Assembly (NCBI RefSeq): GCF_937871615.1
Contig: NZ_CALMPA010000059.1
Location: 29,680 to 93,679, forward strand
Origin: an uncultured Sphingomonas sp.
GTDB taxonomy: Bacteria; Pseudomonadota; Alphaproteobacteria; Sphingomonadales; Sphingomonadaceae
Reading direction: 5' to 3'
DNA length: 64,000 nucleotides
Shown here: positions 31,431 to 40,155 of the stretch, in pieces
How positions within the stretch are numbered: position 1 is the first letter of the stretch
Layout of the letters: every line of letters begins with the position of its first letter
Notes under the pieces: generated by a model
The model's database searches: none
Told to the model about the DNA's origin: nothing
The model's input: the letters and a program-made list of their open reading frames with translations, nothing else
Translations under genes and position numbers: made by a program

Positions 31431-32956
31431 CGCGCGCCTTCGTCAGTGCGGACATGGCCTCGATCGCGCTCGGCGCGGATGAGGTGGCGGCGGCGCTCAC
31501 CGCGCGCGGCGTCACGGTGATCCGCACCGGCAGTCGCGGCCTGTTCCGCCTCGAACCACTGGTGGAAATCGAAACCGCGGACGGGCGCATCGGCTATGGC
31601 CCGGTCGCGCCGGACGAGGTGGGCGCGGTGCTCGGCGGCACCCACCCCAATCGCATCGGGCGGATCGAGGAGCACCCCTTCTTCGCCCGGCAGCAGCGTT
31701 TCACCTTCGCGCGCTGCGGCGTGATCGATCCGCTGAGCCTTGACGATTATGCCGCGCACGGCGGCTGGCGCGGGCTCGATCTGGCCCGCGCGCGCCAGCC
31801 GCAAGCCGTGATCGACGCGGTGCAGGAAAGCGGGCTGCGCGGGCGCGGCGGCGCGGGCTTCCCCACCGCGATCAAATGGCAGACGGTGCGCGACACGGCG
31901 GCGCCCGAAAAGTTCGTCGTGTGCAACGCCGATGAGGGCGATAGCGGCACCTTCGCCGATCGGATGCTGATGGAAGGCGATCCCTTCTGCCTGATCGAGG
32001 GGATGGCGATCGCCGCCCACGCGGTCGGCGCGGGGCGCGGATTCATCTACATCCGCTCCGAATATCCCTTCGCGATCCGCACGATGGAGGCGGCGATCGC
32101 GCTCGCCGCCCCGCGCATCGCGCCCTTCGTGCTGGAGGTGCGGGTGGGCGCGGGTGCCTATGTCTGCGGCGAGGAAACCGCGCTGCTCGATTCGATCGAG
32201 GGCAAGCGCGGGCAGGTCCGCGCCAAGCCGCCATTGCCCGCGATGGAAGGGCTGTTCGGCCGGCCCACCGTCATCAACAACGTGCTGAGCCTCGCCGCCG
32301 TGCCGTTCATCATCGCGGAAGGCGCGGCGGCCTATGCGGCGGTCGGCTTCGCTCGATCGCGCGGCACGATGCCGATCCAGCTTGCCGGCAATGTGCGGAA
32401 CGGCGGGCTGTTCGAATGCGGGTTCGGCATCACATTGGGCGAGTTGGTGGAGGAGATCGGCGGCGGCACCGAGAGCGGCCGCCCGGTGAAGGCGGTGCAG
32501 GTCGGTGGCCCGCTCGGCGCGTATTTCCCACCAAGGATGTTCGATCTGCCATTCGATTATGAGGCGTTCGCCGCCGCCGGCGGGCTGATCGGCCATGCCG
32601 GCATCACCGTGTTCGACGATAGCGCGGACATGGCCCACATGGCGCGCTTCGCGATGGAATTCTGCGCGCACGAAAGCTGCGGGAAATGCACGCCATGCCG
32701 GATCGGATCGGTGCGCGGCGTGGAGACGATCGAGCGCATCATGGCGGGCGGGCGGGCGCCGGATCGCATCGAAACCATCCCACAGATGCGCAACGCCGCC
32801 CCCCGCCCCCGTTCGCGCGCGGAGGAGATCGCCCTGCTGCGCGATCTTTGTGATACGATGAAATTCGGATCACTCTGCGCGCTGGGCGGGTTCACCCCCT
32901 ATCCGGTGCTGAGCGCGCTCGATCATTTCCCGCAGGATTTCGGGGAGCAGGCGTAA
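31427..32956 (+). CDS. fdsB: NAD-dependent formate dehydrogenase beta subunit (NuoF-like)
   Basis: ATG 31427 overlaps the fdsG stop (ATGA). FMN/NAD motif GRGGAGFPT and 4Fe-4S motif ESCGKCTPCR. Confidence 0.88.
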   Translation: MTRAFVSADMASIALGADEVAAALTARGVTVIRTGSRGLFRLEPLVEIETADGRIGYGPVAPDEVGAVLGGTHPNRIGRIEEHPFFARQQRFTFARCGVIDPLSLDDYAAHGGWRGLDLARARQPQAVIDAVQESGLRGRGGAGFPTAIKWQTVRDTAAPEKFVVCNADEGDSGTFADRMLMEGDPFCLIEGMAIAAHAVGAGRGFIYIRSEYPFAIRTMEAAIALAAPRIAPFVLEVRVGAGAYVCGEETALLDSIEGKRGQVRAKPPLPAMEGLFGRPTVINNVLSLAAVPFIIAEGAAAYAAVGFARSRGTMPIQLAGNVRNGGLFECGFGITLGELVEEIGGGTESGRPVKAVQVGGPLGAYFPPRMFDLPFDYEAFAAAGGLIGHAGITVFDDSADMAHMARFAMEFCAHESCGKCTPCRIGSVRGVETIERIMAGGRAPDRIETIPQMRNAAPRPRSRAEEIALLRDLCDTMKFGSLCALGGFTPYPVLSALDHFPQDFGEQA

Positions 32957-35793
32957 TGGCATGGATCGGTGAACGCGACCTGGGCACCCCGCCGCCGCGC
33001 GCCACGGCCCGCGCCATATCGCTGCACATCGACGGCGAGCGGGTGACGGTGCCCGAAGGCACCTCGATCATGCGCGCCGCCGCGCTGCGCGGCACCAGCA
33101 TCCCCAAATTGTGCGCGACCGACCGGCTCGAACCATTCGGATCGTGCCGCCTGTGCCTGGTCGAGATCGAGGGCCGCGCCGGCTATCCCGCATCCTGCAC
33201 CACGCCGGTGGCCGAGGGCATGGTGGTCAGCACCGAGAGCGAGAAACTGGCGAAGCTGCGGCGCGGCGTGATGGAGCTGTATATCTCCGATCACCCGCTC
33301 GATTGCCTCACCTGCTCGGCCAATGGCGATTGCGAGTTGCAGGATCAGGCGGGCGCGGTGGGCCTGCGCGACGTGCGCTATGGCTATGATGGCGCCAATC
33401 ACCTTTCGACCGACAAGGACGAGAGCAATCCCTATTTCACCTTCGATCCCGCCAAGTGCATCGTCTGTTCGCGCTGCGTGCGCGCCTGCGACGAAGTGCA
33501 GGGCACGTTCGCGCTGACGATCGACGGCAGCGGTTTCGGATCGAAGGTGTCGGCGAGCGCGGACGAGGGCTTCCTCGCCTCCGAATGTGTATCGTGCGGC
33601 GCCTGTGTGCAGGCGTGCCCCACCTCGGCGCTGATCGAGAAATCGGTCACGGCGATCGGCACGCCCGATCGCGCGATCGTCACCACCTGCGCCTATTGCG
33701 GCGTGGGCTGCACCTTCCGCGCGGAGATGCGCGGGCAGCAACTCGTGCGGATGGTGCCGTGGAAGGACGGCAAGGCCAATCACGGGCATAGCTGCGTCAA
33801 GGGCCGCTTCGCCTGGGGCTATGCCAATCACCGCGAGCGCATCCTTTCGCCGATGATCCGCGAAGGCGTCGATCAGCCGTGGCGCGAGGTTTCGTGGGAG
33901 GAGGCGATCGCCCACACCGCGCGCGAATTTCGCCGGATACAGGCGGCGCACGGCACGCGCAGCATCGGCGGGATCACCTCGTCGCGCTGCACCAACGAGG
34001 AGACGTTCCTCGTCCAGAAGCTGATCCGGCAGGGCTTCGGCAACAATAATGTCGATACCTGCGCGCGCGTCTGCCATTCGCCGACCGGCTACGGGCTGGG
34101 GGCTACCTTCGGCACCTCCGCCGGCACGCAGGATTTCGACAGCGTGGCCAAGGCCGATGTCATCATGGTGATCGGCGCCAATCCCACCGATGCGCATCCG
34201 GTGTTCGCCAGCCGGATGAAGCAGCGGCTGCGCGAAGGCGCGCGGCTGATCGTGGCCGATCCGCGCCGCATTGATCTGGTGCGCAGCCCACATGTCGCCG
34301 CGGAGCACCATCTGCCGCTCAGGCCCGGCACCAATGTCGCCTTGCTCACCGCGATGGCGCATGTCGTGGTGACGGAGGGGCTGGCCGACGAAGCGTTCAT
34401 CCGCGAGCGTTGCGAGTGGGACGAATATATGGATTGGGCCGCGTTCGTCGCGCAAGCCGATCGCTCGCCCGAAGCGACCGAGGCGCTGACCGGCGTGCCC
34501 GCCGCCGATCTGCGCGCCGCCGCCCGGCTGTTCGCCACCGGCGGCAATGGCGCGATCTATTACGGGCTTGGCGTCACCGAGCACAGCCAGGGTTCGTCCA
34601 CCGTGATGGCGATCGCCAATCTCGCGATGGCGACCGGCAATATCGGGCGCGAGGGCGTCGGCGTGAACCCGCTGCGCGGGCAGAACAACGTGCAGGGCTC
34701 ATGCGACATGGGCAGCTTCCCGCACGAATATTCGGGCTATCGCCATGTTTCCGATCCCGCGACGCGCGCGCAGTTCGAGGATGCGTGGGACGTCGCGCTC
34801 GATCCCGAACCCGGCCTGCGCATCCCCAATATGCTCGATGCCGCGACCGACGGCACGTTCCGCGCATTGTTCATCCAGGGCGAGGATATCCTGCAATCCG
34901 ATCCCAATACGCATCACGTCGCCGCCGGCCTCGCGGCGATGGAATGCGTGGTGGTGCAGGATCTGTTCCTCAACGAAACCGCGAATTACGCGCATGTCTT
35001 CCTGCCCGGATCGACCTTTCTGGAGAAGGACGGCACCTTCACCAACGCCGAACGCCGCATCCAGCGCGTCCGCAAGGTGATGGAGCCGTTGAACGGCTAT
35101 GCCGATTGGCAGGTGGTGCAATTGCTCGCGCAGGCGATGGGGCTGGCGTGGAACTACACCCACCCGTCCGAGATCATGGACGAGATCGCCGCGCTCACCC
35201 CCACTTTCGCGCGCGTCGATTATGCCGCGCTCGACGAACACGGCTCGCTGCAATGGCCGGTAACCGATGAAGCGCCAGACGGCACGCCGACGATGCACGT
35301 CCATGGCTTCGTGCGGGGCAAGGGGCGCTTCGTCGTCACCGATTATATCCCGACCGACGAGAAGACCGGCCCCCGCTTCCCCCTGCTGCTCACCACCGGG
35401 CGCATCCTGAGCCAGTATAACGTCGGCGCGCAGACCCGGCGGACCGAGAATGTCGCGTGGCACGATGAGGACCGGCTGGAGATTCACCCGCATGACGCCG
35501 AAAACCGCGGGCTGCGTGACGGCGACTGGGTGAGCCTGAAAAGCCGCGCGGGCGAAACGACACTGCGCGCGCTCGTCACCGATCGCGTCGCGCCGGGCGT
35601 GGTCTATACCACCTTCCACCACCCCGATACGCAGGCCAATGTCATCACCACCGATTATTCGGACTGGGCGACCAATTGCCCCGAATACAAGGTGACGGCG
35701 GTGCAGGTCGCGCCATCCAACGGCGCGAGCGAATGGCAGCGTTCCTATGCCGAGCAGGCGAGGCGCGCGCGGCGGATCGAGGCGGCGGAATGA
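32956..35793 (+). CDS. fdsA: NAD-dependent formate dehydrogenase alpha subunit (Mo-bisPGD, Cys type)
   Basis: 945 aa. FeS motifs CRLCLVE, CIVCSRCVRAC, CVSCGACVQACP and TTCAYCGVGC. Active-site CARVCHSPT has a TGC Cys codon. Confidence 0.92.
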   Translation: MAWIGERDLGTPPPRATARAISLHIDGERVTVPEGTSIMRAAALRGTSIPKLCATDRLEPFGSCRLCLVEIEGRAGYPASCTTPVAEGMVVSTESEKLAKLRRGVMELYISDHPLDCLTCSANGDCELQDQAGAVGLRDVRYGYDGANHLSTDKDESNPYFTFDPAKCIVCSRCVRACDEVQGTFALTIDGSGFGSKVSASADEGFLASECVSCGACVQACPTSALIEKSVTAIGTPDRAIVTTCAYCGVGCTFRAEMRGQQLVRMVPWKDGKANHGHSCVKGRFAWGYANHRERILSPMIREGVDQPWREVSWEEAIAHTAREFRRIQAAHGTRSIGGITSSRCTNEETFLVQKLIRQGFGNNNVDTCARVCHSPTGYGLGATFGTSAGTQDFDSVAKADVIMVIGANPTDAHPVFASRMKQRLREGARLIVADPRRIDLVRSPHVAAEHHLPLRPGTNVALLTAMAHVVVTEGLADEAFIRERCEWDEYMDWAAFVAQADRSPEATEALTGVPAADLRAAARLFATGGNGAIYYGLGVTEHSQGSSTVMAIANLAMATGNIGREGVGVNPLRGQNNVQGSCDMGSFPHEYSGYRHVSDPATRAQFEDAWDVALDPEPGLRIPNMLDAATDGTFRALFIQGEDILQSDPNTHHVAAGLAAMECVVVQDLFLNETANYAHVFLPGSTFLEKDGTFTNAERRIQRVRKVMEPLNGYADWQVVQLLAQAMGLAWNYTHPSEIMDEIAALTPTFARVDYAALDEHGSLQWPVTDEAPDGTPTMHVHGFVRGKGRFVVTDYIPTDEKTGPRFPLLLTTGRILSQYNVGAQTRRTENVAWHDEDRLEIHPHDAENRGLRDGDWVSLKSRAGETTLRALVTDRVAPGVVYTTFHHPDTQANVITTDYSDWATNCPEYKVTAVQVAPSNGASEWQRSYAEQARRARRIEAAE

Positions 35794-36023
35794 GCGGCAT
35801 GATGTCCACCACCGATCGGCTGGTGCATATGGCGAACCAGATCGCGCGCGCCTTCGCGACCGAGAGCGAGGACCGCGCGATCGAGGCGACGCGCGCGCAT
35901 CTGCGGCGCTATTGGGATCCGCTGATGCGTGAGCGGATCATCGCCTGTCTCGACACCCATGGTGCCGCGTTCAGCGACCACGCGCGCGCCGCGGTGGAGC
36001 GGCTGCGCAACGAATCCGTATAA
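35790..36023 (+). CDS. fdsD: formate dehydrogenase delta subunit
   Basis: 77 aa. Its ATG overlaps the fdsA stop (ATGA). HMANQIARAF... is typical of FdsD. Confidence 0.7.
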   Translation: MSGMMSTTDRLVHMANQIARAFATESEDRAIEATRAHLRRYWDPLMRERIIACLDTHGAAFSDHARAAVERLRNESV

Positions 36024-36096
36024 TCGCCGCGATCAGGCGCAACTAAACGTCGCCAAAGCGGTTGACCACGATCATATTGCAGTGCAGCACGCAAGC

Positions 36097-38766
36097 ATGG
36101 CCGAGCTTCCCCCGATCACCAATAACCCGGACGTGCGCTATCTCGGCCGCGTGCTGGGCGACGTTATCCGCGCATTGGGGGGCGAGCGGCTGTTCGCGGC
36201 GACCGAGGCGATCCGCTCCGCTTCGGTAGAGCGGCATCGCGCTGGCGGGCCGCCGGTCGATCACCATCTTGAGGCGCTGACGCTCGACGAGACGCTCGAT
36301 TTCGTGCGCGGCTTCATGCTGTTCTCGATGCTCGCCAATCTCGCCGAGGACCGGCAGGGCGTCGCCGCCGAGCATGGCGCCGATGTCGCCGCCGTGCTCG
36401 ACCGGCTGGCGCGCGCGGGCGTGGATAGAGCCGCGGTAGCGGCGCTGCTCGATCATGCGCTGGTCGTCCCGGTGCTGACGGCGCACCCCACCGAAGTGCG
36501 GCGCAAGTCGATGATCGACCATCGCAATCGCATCGCGCAACTGATGGCCTTTCGCGATCGCGGCGTGGAGACGACGCCGGATGGCGATCAGGTCGACGAA
36601 GCGATCGTGCGGCAGGTGGCGTTGCTGTGGGAAACCCGCGTGCTGCGCCGCGAGCGGCTGTATGTCGCGGATGAGGTGGAAACGTCGCTCAGCTATCTGC
36701 GCGATGTGTTCCTGCCGGTGCTGCCCGCGCTCTATCAGCAATGGGATCGCGCGATGGGCGGGCGCGTGCCTTCCTTCCTGCGCCCCGGAAGCTGGATCGG
36801 CGGCGATCGCGACGGCAACCCCTTCGTCACCGCGGAATCGCTGCGCGCCGCGATCGCGCGCGCGGGCGAGACGGTGCTGGTATATTATCTCGATCAGCTT
36901 CATGCGCTGGGCGCCGAACTTTCGATCTCCACCGAACTGGCGCCGGTTGACGATGCGGTGCTGGCGCTGGCCGAAAAGAGCGGCGATCGCGCCGAAAGCC
37001 GCAGCGACGAACCATATCGCCGCGCGATCTCCGGCATCTATGCCCGCCTCGCCGCGACCCATCTGGCGCTCACCGGCAAGCCCGCGCCGCGCCCCGGCGT
37101 GCTCACGGGTGAACCCTATGCCGATCCCGCCGCGCTGCGCGCCGATCTCGTCACCCTCGCCCATCCGCTCACCGCGATCGGCCACGGGTTGCTCGCGTCG
37201 AGTGGCGCGATCGGGCGGCTGATCCGCGCGGTGGAGGTGTTCGGCTTCCACCTTGCAACGCTCGACATGCGCCAGAACAGCGCGGTGCACGAACGCGTCG
37301 TGGGCGAACTGCTCAAGGTCGCGGGCGTGTGCGACGATTATGCCGCGCTCTCCGAGGATCAGCGCGTCGTGCTGCTGCGTCACGAACTGTCCAGCCCGCG
37401 CCCGTTGCGATCGCCCTATGCCGAATATTCGGCGGAGACCTGCTCGGAACTCTCGATCGTCGCCGCCGCGGCGGAGGCGCATGCGCGCTACGGCGCGGGC
37501 GCGATCCGGCAATATATCGTCTCGATGGCCAAGTCGGTTTCCGATCTGCTCGAAGTCAATCTGCTCCTCAAGGAGGCCGGGCTTTACCGCCCTGGCCCGC
37601 CCGCCAGCGCCGCGATCATGGCCGTGCCGTTGTTCGAGACGATCGACGATCTGGAAGCGGCGCCCGCGATCATGGCTGAATGGTTCGCGCTGCCCGAAAT
37701 CCGCCAGATCGTCGCCGCGCGCGGGCATCAGGAAGTGATGATCGGCTATTCGGATTCGAACAAGGATGGCGGCTATCTCTCCTCCACCTGGCAATTGTCG
37801 AAGGCATCGACCGCGTTGAAGCCGGTGTTCGAGGCGGCTGGCGTCAGGATACAGCTTTTCCACGGGCGTGGCGGGGCGGTGGGGCGCGGCGGCGGATCGA
37901 GCTTCGCGGCGATCCTCGCGCAGCCGGCAGGCACGGTGCAGGGCCGCATCCGCATCACCGAACAGGGCGAGGTGATCGCGGGCAAATACGGAACACGCGA
38001 AAGCGCCGCGACCAATCTGGAGGCGATGGCGTCCGCCACGCTGCTCGCCAGCCTGGAGCCGGAGCAGCTTTCGTCGGCGGAGAATGAGACGTTCGGGCGC
38101 GCGATGGACGCTTTGTCCGACACCGCGTTCCACGCCTATCGCGATCTGGTTTACGGCACCGATGGCTTCACCGCCTTCTTCCGCCAGATGACGCCGATCG
38201 CCGAAATCTCCGGCCTCAAGATCGGCAGCCGCCCGGCGAGCCGCACCAAAAGCCATCGGATCGAGGATCTGCGCGCCATCCCCTGGGTGTTCAGTTGGGC
38301 GCAGGCGCGCGTGATGCTGCCGGGCTGGTATGGCGTGGGCCAGGCCATCGCGGCTTTTCCGGATAAGGCGCTGCTGGCGGAAATGGCACAAGGTTGGCCG
38401 CTGTTCGCCGCCACGCTTGCCAATATGGAGATGGTGCTGGCGAAATCCGATATGGGAATCGCGGAGCGCTATGCCGGGCTGGTCGAGGATAAGGCGTTGC
38501 GCAACCAGTTGTTCGGCGCGATCCGCGAAGGCTGGATGCGCACGCATGACGGGCTGCTCGCGATCACCGGCCAGTCGCGATTGCTGGAGAAGGCGCCCGC
38601 GCTCGAAGCCTCGATCCGGCTGCGGCTGCCCTATATCGAGCCGCTCAATCTGCTCCAGATCGAATTGATGCGGCGCCATCGCGCGGGCGAGCGCGACGAG
38701 CGCATCAGCCAGGGCATCCTGCTGTCGATCAACGCGATCGCCACCGCCTTGCGCAATTCCGGCTGA
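36097..38766 (+). CDS. ppc: phosphoenolpyruvate carboxylase
   Basis: ORF 35929..38766. The start was moved to ATG 36097. VLTAHPTEVRRKS motif and C-terminal ...ALRNSG. Confidence 0.93.
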   Translation: MAELPPITNNPDVRYLGRVLGDVIRALGGERLFAATEAIRSASVERHRAGGPPVDHHLEALTLDETLDFVRGFMLFSMLANLAEDRQGVAAEHGADVAAVLDRLARAGVDRAAVAALLDHALVVPVLTAHPTEVRRKSMIDHRNRIAQLMAFRDRGVETTPDGDQVDEAIVRQVALLWETRVLRRERLYVADEVETSLSYLRDVFLPVLPALYQQWDRAMGGRVPSFLRPGSWIGGDRDGNPFVTAESLRAAIARAGETVLVYYLDQLHALGAELSISTELAPVDDAVLALAEKSGDRAESRSDEPYRRAISGIYARLAATHLALTGKPAPRPGVLTGEPYADPAALRADLVTLAHPLTAIGHGLLASSGAIGRLIRAVEVFGFHLATLDMRQNSAVHERVVGELLKVAGVCDDYAALSEDQRVVLLRHELSSPRPLRSPYAEYSAETCSELSIVAAAAEAHARYGAGAIRQYIVSMAKSVSDLLEVNLLLKEAGLYRPGPPASAAIMAVPLFETIDDLEAAPAIMAEWFALPEIRQIVAARGHQEVMIGYSDSNKDGGYLSSTWQLSKASTALKPVFEAAGVRIQLFHGRGGAVGRGGGSSFAAILAQPAGTVQGRIRITEQGEVIAGKYGTRESAATNLEAMASATLLASLEPEQLSSAENETFGRAMDALSDTAFHAYRDLVYGTDGFTAFFRQMTPIAEISGLKIGSRPASRTKSHRIEDLRAIPWVFSWAQARVMLPGWYGVGQAIAAFPDKALLAEMAQGWPLFAATLANMEMVLAKSDMGIAERYAGLVEDKALRNQLFGAIREGWMRTHDGLLAITGQSRLLEKAPALEASIRLRLPYIEPLNLLQIELMRRHRAGERDERISQGILLSINAIATALRNSG

Positions 38767-38840
38767 GGCGAGTTCGCACCGCACTTGATCCCCGGCCGGT
38801 TGGCGTTACCATCTCCGCTCGATCAAAAAGGATGCCGATC

Positions 38841-39140
38841 ATGCGCAAACTGATGCTTGCCCTGGGCGCGATGTCGCTTGCCGTGCCTGTCTCGATGGCC
38901 TTCCCGAGCAGCGACGCGCAGGCCAAGACCTACAAGCACAAATATCGCGGCGTGAAGCGTTGCCGTCGATCGAGCGGCACGACCGGGCTTGTCGCCGGCG
39001 GCGTCGGCGGCGCGCTGATCGGCAGTTCGGTGCTCGGCCATGGCGCGCTCGGAACGGTAGCGGGCGCCGCCGGTGGCGCACTCGCGGGCCGCGCGATCGA
39101 CCGCACGATGACCGCCAAGAAGCGTTGCCACTATAGCTGA
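38841..39140 (+). CDS. glycine-zipper (2TM) small exported protein
   Basis: Signal peptide MRKLMLALGAMSLAVPVSMA and Gly-zipper GLVAGGVGGALIGSSVLGHGALGTVAGAAGGALAG. AAAGGA lies 8 nt upstream of ATG 38841. Confidence 0.65.
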   Translation: MRKLMLALGAMSLAVPVSMAFPSSDAQAKTYKHKYRGVKRCRRSSGTTGLVAGGVGGALIGSSVLGHGALGTVAGAAGGALAGRAIDRTMTAKKRCHYS

Positions 39141-39152
39141 CGAGGAAATGGC

Positions 39153-39177
39153 GGGAGGCGCGCGCAAGCCGCCTCCC
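39153..39177. terminator. hairpin between convergent genes
   Basis: GGGAGGCG-n9-CGCCTCCC. Confidence 0.4.
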
Positions 39178-39202
39178 CGTCCCGGCGCGCGTTCCGCGCG
39201 AT

Positions 39203-39598
39203 CTAATCTTCGAGGAACGGCGCCGCCACCTCGGGCCTGACGCGCAGCAGGCGCCCGCTTGCCCGGTCGATCAGCGCCCACGTCGTCACGCCCTCCACCT
39301 TCACGCGCCCGTCCGCGCCGGTGAAGCGGAAATGGCGATTGAAGCGCGCGCCATGCGGCGCATCGGGCACCCAGGTTTCGCCCATCACCGTTTCGCCCGC
39401 GCCGACGTTGCCGCGATAGTCGATCTCGTGCCGCGTCACGACCCAGATGAAGGCATCGCGGTGCTCGACCGTAGCGACCGCCTCCCAATGCGCCACCGCC
39501 AGATCCTGCGCCCAGCGCACCCACACCGCGTTGTTGACGTGGCCTAGTTCGTCGATGTCGCCGGAAGCAACGGTGAAGCCATGCGTGAAACGCTTCAT
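39203..39598 (-). CDS. acyl-CoA thioesterase, 4HBT (hotdog) family
   Basis: The start was moved to ATG 39598 (MKRFTHGFTV...). DELGHVNN motif. 131 aa. Confidence 0.75.
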   Translation of the reverse strand: MKRFTHGFTVASGDIDELGHVNNAVWVRWAQDLAVAHWEAVATVEHRDAFIWVVTRHEIDYRGNVGAGETVMGETWVPDAPHGARFNRHFRFTGADGRVKVEGVTTWALIDRASGRLLRVRPEVAAPFLED

Positions 39599-40155
39599 GC
39601 CTTGCGCCAGTAACGATAGCCGAAATAGGCGCCGGTCGCGACGATCACCGCGCCGAGCAACATCAGCAACACATGCGTATCCGGCTCCAGCCGCCCGAGC
39701 AGTTGCTCGAACCCGCGCCCGAATATGAAGCCGAGCCCCGAAAAGATGATCCCCCACACAATCGCGGAGACGAGGTTGACGATCATGAACAATCGCGCCG
39801 GAACATCGGTGGTGCCGATCGCGATCGGGCTCACCGTGCGGAAGCCGTAGATGAAGCGAAACGCGAAGATAAAGCCGATCGGATGCCGTTGAAGGAACCC
39901 GAGCGCCTTGGCGAACGCCGGCTTCTCATACGCCTTGCGCACGAAACGGTGATCGTGAAACCTGCGCCCCAGCAGAAACCACAATTGGTCGATCACGAAC
40001 GACCCCGCCGCCGCCGCCGCCATCGCGCCGACCAGCGGAAACAGCCCGCGATGCGCGAGTATCCCGCCGGCGACCACCACCGTCTCGCCCTCCAGCCCGG
40101 CGCCCAGAAACAGCGCGACCAGCCCGTATTTCGCGACGATGGCCTCGATCGTCAT
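39595..40155 (-). CDS. DedA-family inner membrane protein
   Basis: MTIEAIVAKYGLVALFLGAGLEGETVVV is a typical DedA N-terminus. It has ATGA overlaps with ptrB (40152-40155) and with the thioesterase gene (39595-39598). Confidence 0.8.
   Translation of the reverse strand: MTIEAIVAKYGLVALFLGAGLEGETVVVAGGILAHRGLFPLVGAMAAAAAGSFVIDQLWFLLGRRFHDHRFVRKAYEKPAFAKALGFLQRHPIGFIFAFRFIYGFRTVSPIAIGTTDVPARLFMIVNLVSAIVWGIIFSGLGFIFGRGFEQLLGRLEPDTHVLLMLLGAVIVATGAYFGYRYWRKA

Noticed and set aside
34072-34074. A possible selenocysteine at the formate dehydrogenase active site.
   Set aside because: The codon is TGC (Cys) in CARVCHSPT, and the ORF is uninterrupted.
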